This document shows, piece after piece, positions 60,211 through 64,000 of a DNA stretch of 64,000 bases (the first letter of the stretch is position 1; the number at the start of each line of letters is the position of its first letter). Where the stretch lies: assembly GCA_964188305.1 (NCBI GenBank), contig OZ076886.1; one strand, written 5' to 3'. The notes beneath the pieces were generated by a model that worked only from the letters and a program-made list of their open reading frames with translations, ran no database searches and was not told the DNA's origin. The DNA is from Podarcis bocagei. Lineage: Eukaryota. The translations under genes and the position numbers were made by a program.

Positions 60211-60248
60211 CGCAAGAGACATTAAGAAAGGATGCCAGGAGAACAAGC
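60211..60248 (-). CDS. CYB561D2: CYB561D2 38-nt coding exon (SLFSWHPFLMSLA)
   Basis: ttccag acceptor, gtaagc donor; FSWHP b561 motif. Confidence 0.95.
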
Positions 60249-61124
60249 CTGGAAAGAAACAAAAGCAAGGTGAGTCCCTGTAGACAATCAGTTAGCATAC
60301 AGCTGAAAATGTGCTACCTGCTCTGGAAATAGGATACATCCATTTAAATCCTAGAATTAATCCAATTGTGTGGAAATGCTAAGTGTACTAGAATCATTGT
60401 TGCTGGAGAGAAGCCATCACACATTTTTATATACTTCAATTTGGATCCCTTTGTCATTCCTTCTCACGTGAGGTTCAGGGTAGAGCAAAACTTTCCCCAA
60501 AACAGACATAACAAAATGACTTCAAAATCAAAAGCGCTGAAAGAAATGCAATACAGCACTCCAAACACATTGTGGAATTGCATATGAATTCTGGAAAGGT
60601 TGCCATTTACTTTGTAGCAGGAAAAAGATAAGCACTGTGGTACCTTAAAGATGGAACAGATTTACAGTGCTATAAAATTTGTGGTCACGAAACCTTATGC
60701 TACACTAAATTGTGGGTTGTAGGTGCAACAGGGATCAGTGTTTTTAGAATCTGGCACAACACAGATTATATCCCTCTTTTAAAAAAATCAAATATTTGGA
60801 GCAATGTGGTGTGTTGTTCTGATCTGCAGCCCAAAGGAGGGCCAGTGGGAGTGGTTTGGTGCAGAGATACCAAAAGAGAAAATCAAAGACACCAGAATGG
60901 CCAGTTCTAGTGCTTTATTAAAGAAAGGTATAAACTTACAACACAGCCTGCAAAGCCCCACTGCCATTACAAGACATGGGGGGAACACCACAGCAGGAAG
61001 CAATCATGACTTGTCCACAAAGTGCTAGTAAGTTAAGCATTACTTATACAAAAGACGGCATACTTTTGTTTGACCAGAACTTCTCATCAATCCATGTGAG
61101 GACATAGCTGGAAACTATCTAAGG

Positions 61125-61260
61125 CAGGCTTCCTCAAACTCGGCCCTCCAGATGTTTTGAGACTACAATTCCCATCATCCCTGACCACTGGTCCTGCTAG
61201 CTAGGGATCATGGGAGTTGTAGGCCAAAAACAGCTGGAGGGCCGAGTTTGAGGAAGCCTG
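61125..61260. mobile_element. Young palindromic hAT MITE (136 bp) in a CYB561D2 intron
   Basis: Perfect 27-bp terminal inverted repeat caggcttcctcaaactcggccctccag; perfect 8-bp TSD ATCTAAGG. Confidence 0.95.
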
Positions 61261-62264
61261 ATCTAAGGCTTACAGATAGTTCCCCTCTGTGGGCCAAGAA
61301 CCCAGTATCCCAGGCTCCACAGATAAGCATAGCATCAAAGCAATCCAATTAGTCTGTAACAAAGCAAGTGCATATATAGGTGAGCTCATTGTTGCAACAA
61401 CTACCAATTAGTTTCCGGGTCATCTTGACTACCAAGATGGCGTTCGCAGTCTCACCTTTGGTTCAATACCTGTGCTTTGCTGAGACTGCAAATGGGAATG
61501 CAGTGCCCTATGCCAAAATACCTAAGGCATCACTGAAAATGGGCCTAGTGATCTTGTCTAAAGCTTTTGTTATGTTAAAGGATCATATTTCACTAGAAGA
61601 CTCATTTAACAGAGAGAGGCTCAAAGTTTATTCTCATAAAACATCTAGGAGTGCAAAGTTAGTAACAGGAGATGTTGCAAAGGATTGGTTTACTGTGACA
61701 GAGCTCATGTGTTGCATTTTGTAATGGAAAAACAGAAATGCTACACTATTCGTCAGTAAAGTGCACTGGTCAAACTCTCTCCAGGCAATAATCAAAGACT
61801 GTAGTCACAGACATGTAAACGTCATGTGGATGGTCTTCCTAATTCACATAAGGTTTGGAAAAACACCATGAAGGGGATGAACATTAAAATGTGCATCAGG
61901 AGCATGCACAGGTTTCTTGCAGGACTGAGACACCATCCTATGTGTTATGTCAGGCAGAAGCTATTCCTATCAGTTTAGGCCCTGTAAAACAATTATATTT
62001 AAGAGCAGAAGCACCCTAGAGAGCTTAGATGATTCAGAAGCCTATCATGTTGGCTATATGCAGAGTGAGGCCTAAACCACCTGAAATCAGTTCTACAAAG
62101 TGCTGGACTATAAGTCTTACTTTCAAATGACTAACATCCTTTACTCACACTCAAGACAGAATTTTGATTGAGTGTATATCTGCCCACGTCTTAATTTTTA
62201 ATCAAACCTATGCACAGGTATTGGAGCACATTTAACAATGCACCTATCATTGCATCCTACTTAC

Positions 62265-62391
62265 TTGATCCAGGTCTAGCCACCACAGCTACGAAGATGG
62301 TAAATCCAAGTGAGGCAAGGTGCGCAGTAGCACCAAAGACAGCTCTGAGAGAGTGGTATATTCGCGATTCTGTTTCAACAGTCAGAGCCAT
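62265..62391 (-). CDS. CYB561D2: CYB561D2 first coding exon ([42 protein letters not shown])
   Basis: gacATGG start, gtaagt donor; the three exons total 669 nt = 222 aa. No CpG island here, so the promoter or a non-coding exon probably lies beyond the window. Confidence 0.95.
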
Positions 62392-64000
62392 GTCTTCTCC
62401 AGCACAGTTGACAGGATCTTGACCTTCCACCCTTCACCAGTTACCAGCTTCCTTTTTCTGTATGCAGCATGTATCAGCTTCCCCAGCACATGAGGGGGAA
62501 ACTATAGAATGTTATTGTGCTGATGGGGAAAACATACTTCTCATACTTCTGCTAGTTATCTGAGAAAAAGACAGGCAAAGCTATTAACACCAAAAAATCT
62601 GTCATAAGATGGCACAAGGCCCAGCAATAACTTTCACTGGTGAATCTTAAGGGCAGACTAAAGAAAAATCCTGGCTTGCAAAAGAAGACTTTGTTCCCCA
62701 CCATCTGCTTAATTTATTAGCAATAGCAATGGGCTATTTCAGGAAGTCAGCTGAACTCTCCCCTTCATCATGCCCATTCTTTTTTCTCCCTCCCTCATTG
62801 TAACTGCAATACCTGTGACAGTGTGGTGGTACTAAAGGGAAACATTTGCCCATGCCACATTCTGCCTGGCATGTGCACAAAATGTGATGTCTTAGCACAT
62901 CTTCTCGTCAGAATTAGTGCAGTAGAAGAAAGTCTCCCACTCCCATGGTTGCAGCAGGGCAGACGCCTTTCACCAGGGAGAAACTAGGACACACTGGCAA
63001 ACTACAAAGCCAGTATAAAGCACTACAAGAGTTACACCACTCTTATTACTGGTTTGCTAAGAAAGCCTGTTGAGTCACAGACATGTTTCATTTTATGACA
63101 GCAAGTATTGATGCTGCAGCTCCATGGAGTAATGCTATTGAAACGTGGAGGCATTTGGCAGGCTCAACCACATTTTTCTTTATGTTCCTCATGGAATTCC
63201 CAAATTAAGATTAGAGCTCTTGAACAAATCTTCAACCACCAGCACCAACTGAAACACCTAACAGATTCTCCCTGGTTCATGCAAAGCTTCATACGTAAAC
63301 TATAGTCCTATTCTGCTTCCTGGATTATCATTGATCAATCCAATTTATTATTGATTAAACACACCAGAAACCTGTGGCGGAATGGGGGGGTTTCCAGATA
63401 TTTTTTTAATGTGGCAATACAAGAGAACTGCAAACATCTTATGTACACATGGGTTGCACTGCTTTCTCTACATGAATTTTGTCCCAGATGAAGCAACCCT
63501 GAGTGGAGAGCTGAAGCAAGGTCCAAGCCCTGGTAATCTCTCCTTTGCACCCTCTACAGATCCACCTTCTTACTGGAATGACATCATAGGGTTAACCAGG
63601 GTTAACATATTGGGGGGGGGTTGCCCCAGTAGTGTCTCCAGAGTGGCACCATTGAGGCTCCCAGCCTGTGTGTGCAAATGCATGTGGATGGCTGCCAAGC
63701 TGGGTCTTTGAGCCGGGTGAAATAAAGCCTCGTTTCACCCCTGGATTAACAAAGAAATGAGATTGACACCGAAATTAAACTCAAAGGGACCACAGGCAAA
63801 TGAGAGATGCATTCACTTCTTTTCAAACAGAGAATTATATTGTCAGTCAGAGTGAACATTCCCTTTTAAAAGAGTAAAAGAGAGAGAGAGAGAGCTCATT
63901 CAGTAGTTTCCAAAGTAGTATGAATAAGTGTTCAAACCCAGGAAGCCATAAACAGTGAAATTACCACCTCTATGCTTGATCTTATAACCGGATGGCATTT

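Overview
This is vertebrate genomic DNA, not prokaryotic. The repeat content (Squam3-like and tRNA-Lys/CR1-tail SINEs, palindromic hAT and Tigger MITEs) points to a squamate, probably a lacertid lizard; that assignment is inference. It contains three genes in the same order as the human 3p21.3 cluster. (1) The last 15 coding exons of CACNA2D2 (+ strand, 7233-28641; 1384 nt that splice into one open frame), followed by an apparent ~7.2 kb 3'UTR. (2) The complete two-exon TMEM115 (+, 44312-49530, 353 aa) behind a CpG island. (3) The three coding exons of CYB561D2 (-, 62391-59103, 222 aa), convergent with TMEM115. Almost all entries in the ORF track are chance ORFs. Notable points: a U12-type intron in CACNA2D2 with a possible in-frame second acceptor; a young, 5'-truncated, sense-strand L1 with a perfect 16-bp TSD; a solo LTR; an inverted Tigger-MITE pair in the TMEM115 intron; a strong-Kozak uORF upstream of TMEM115; and a young 1.4-kb non-autonomous hAT element that carries a CpG island, CRE and NRF1 motifs and a 71-bp stem, inserted between the converging 3' ends. 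I find no evidence for a wholly new protein-coding system. The best novelty candidates are transposon-borne regulatory and RNA-structure modules.
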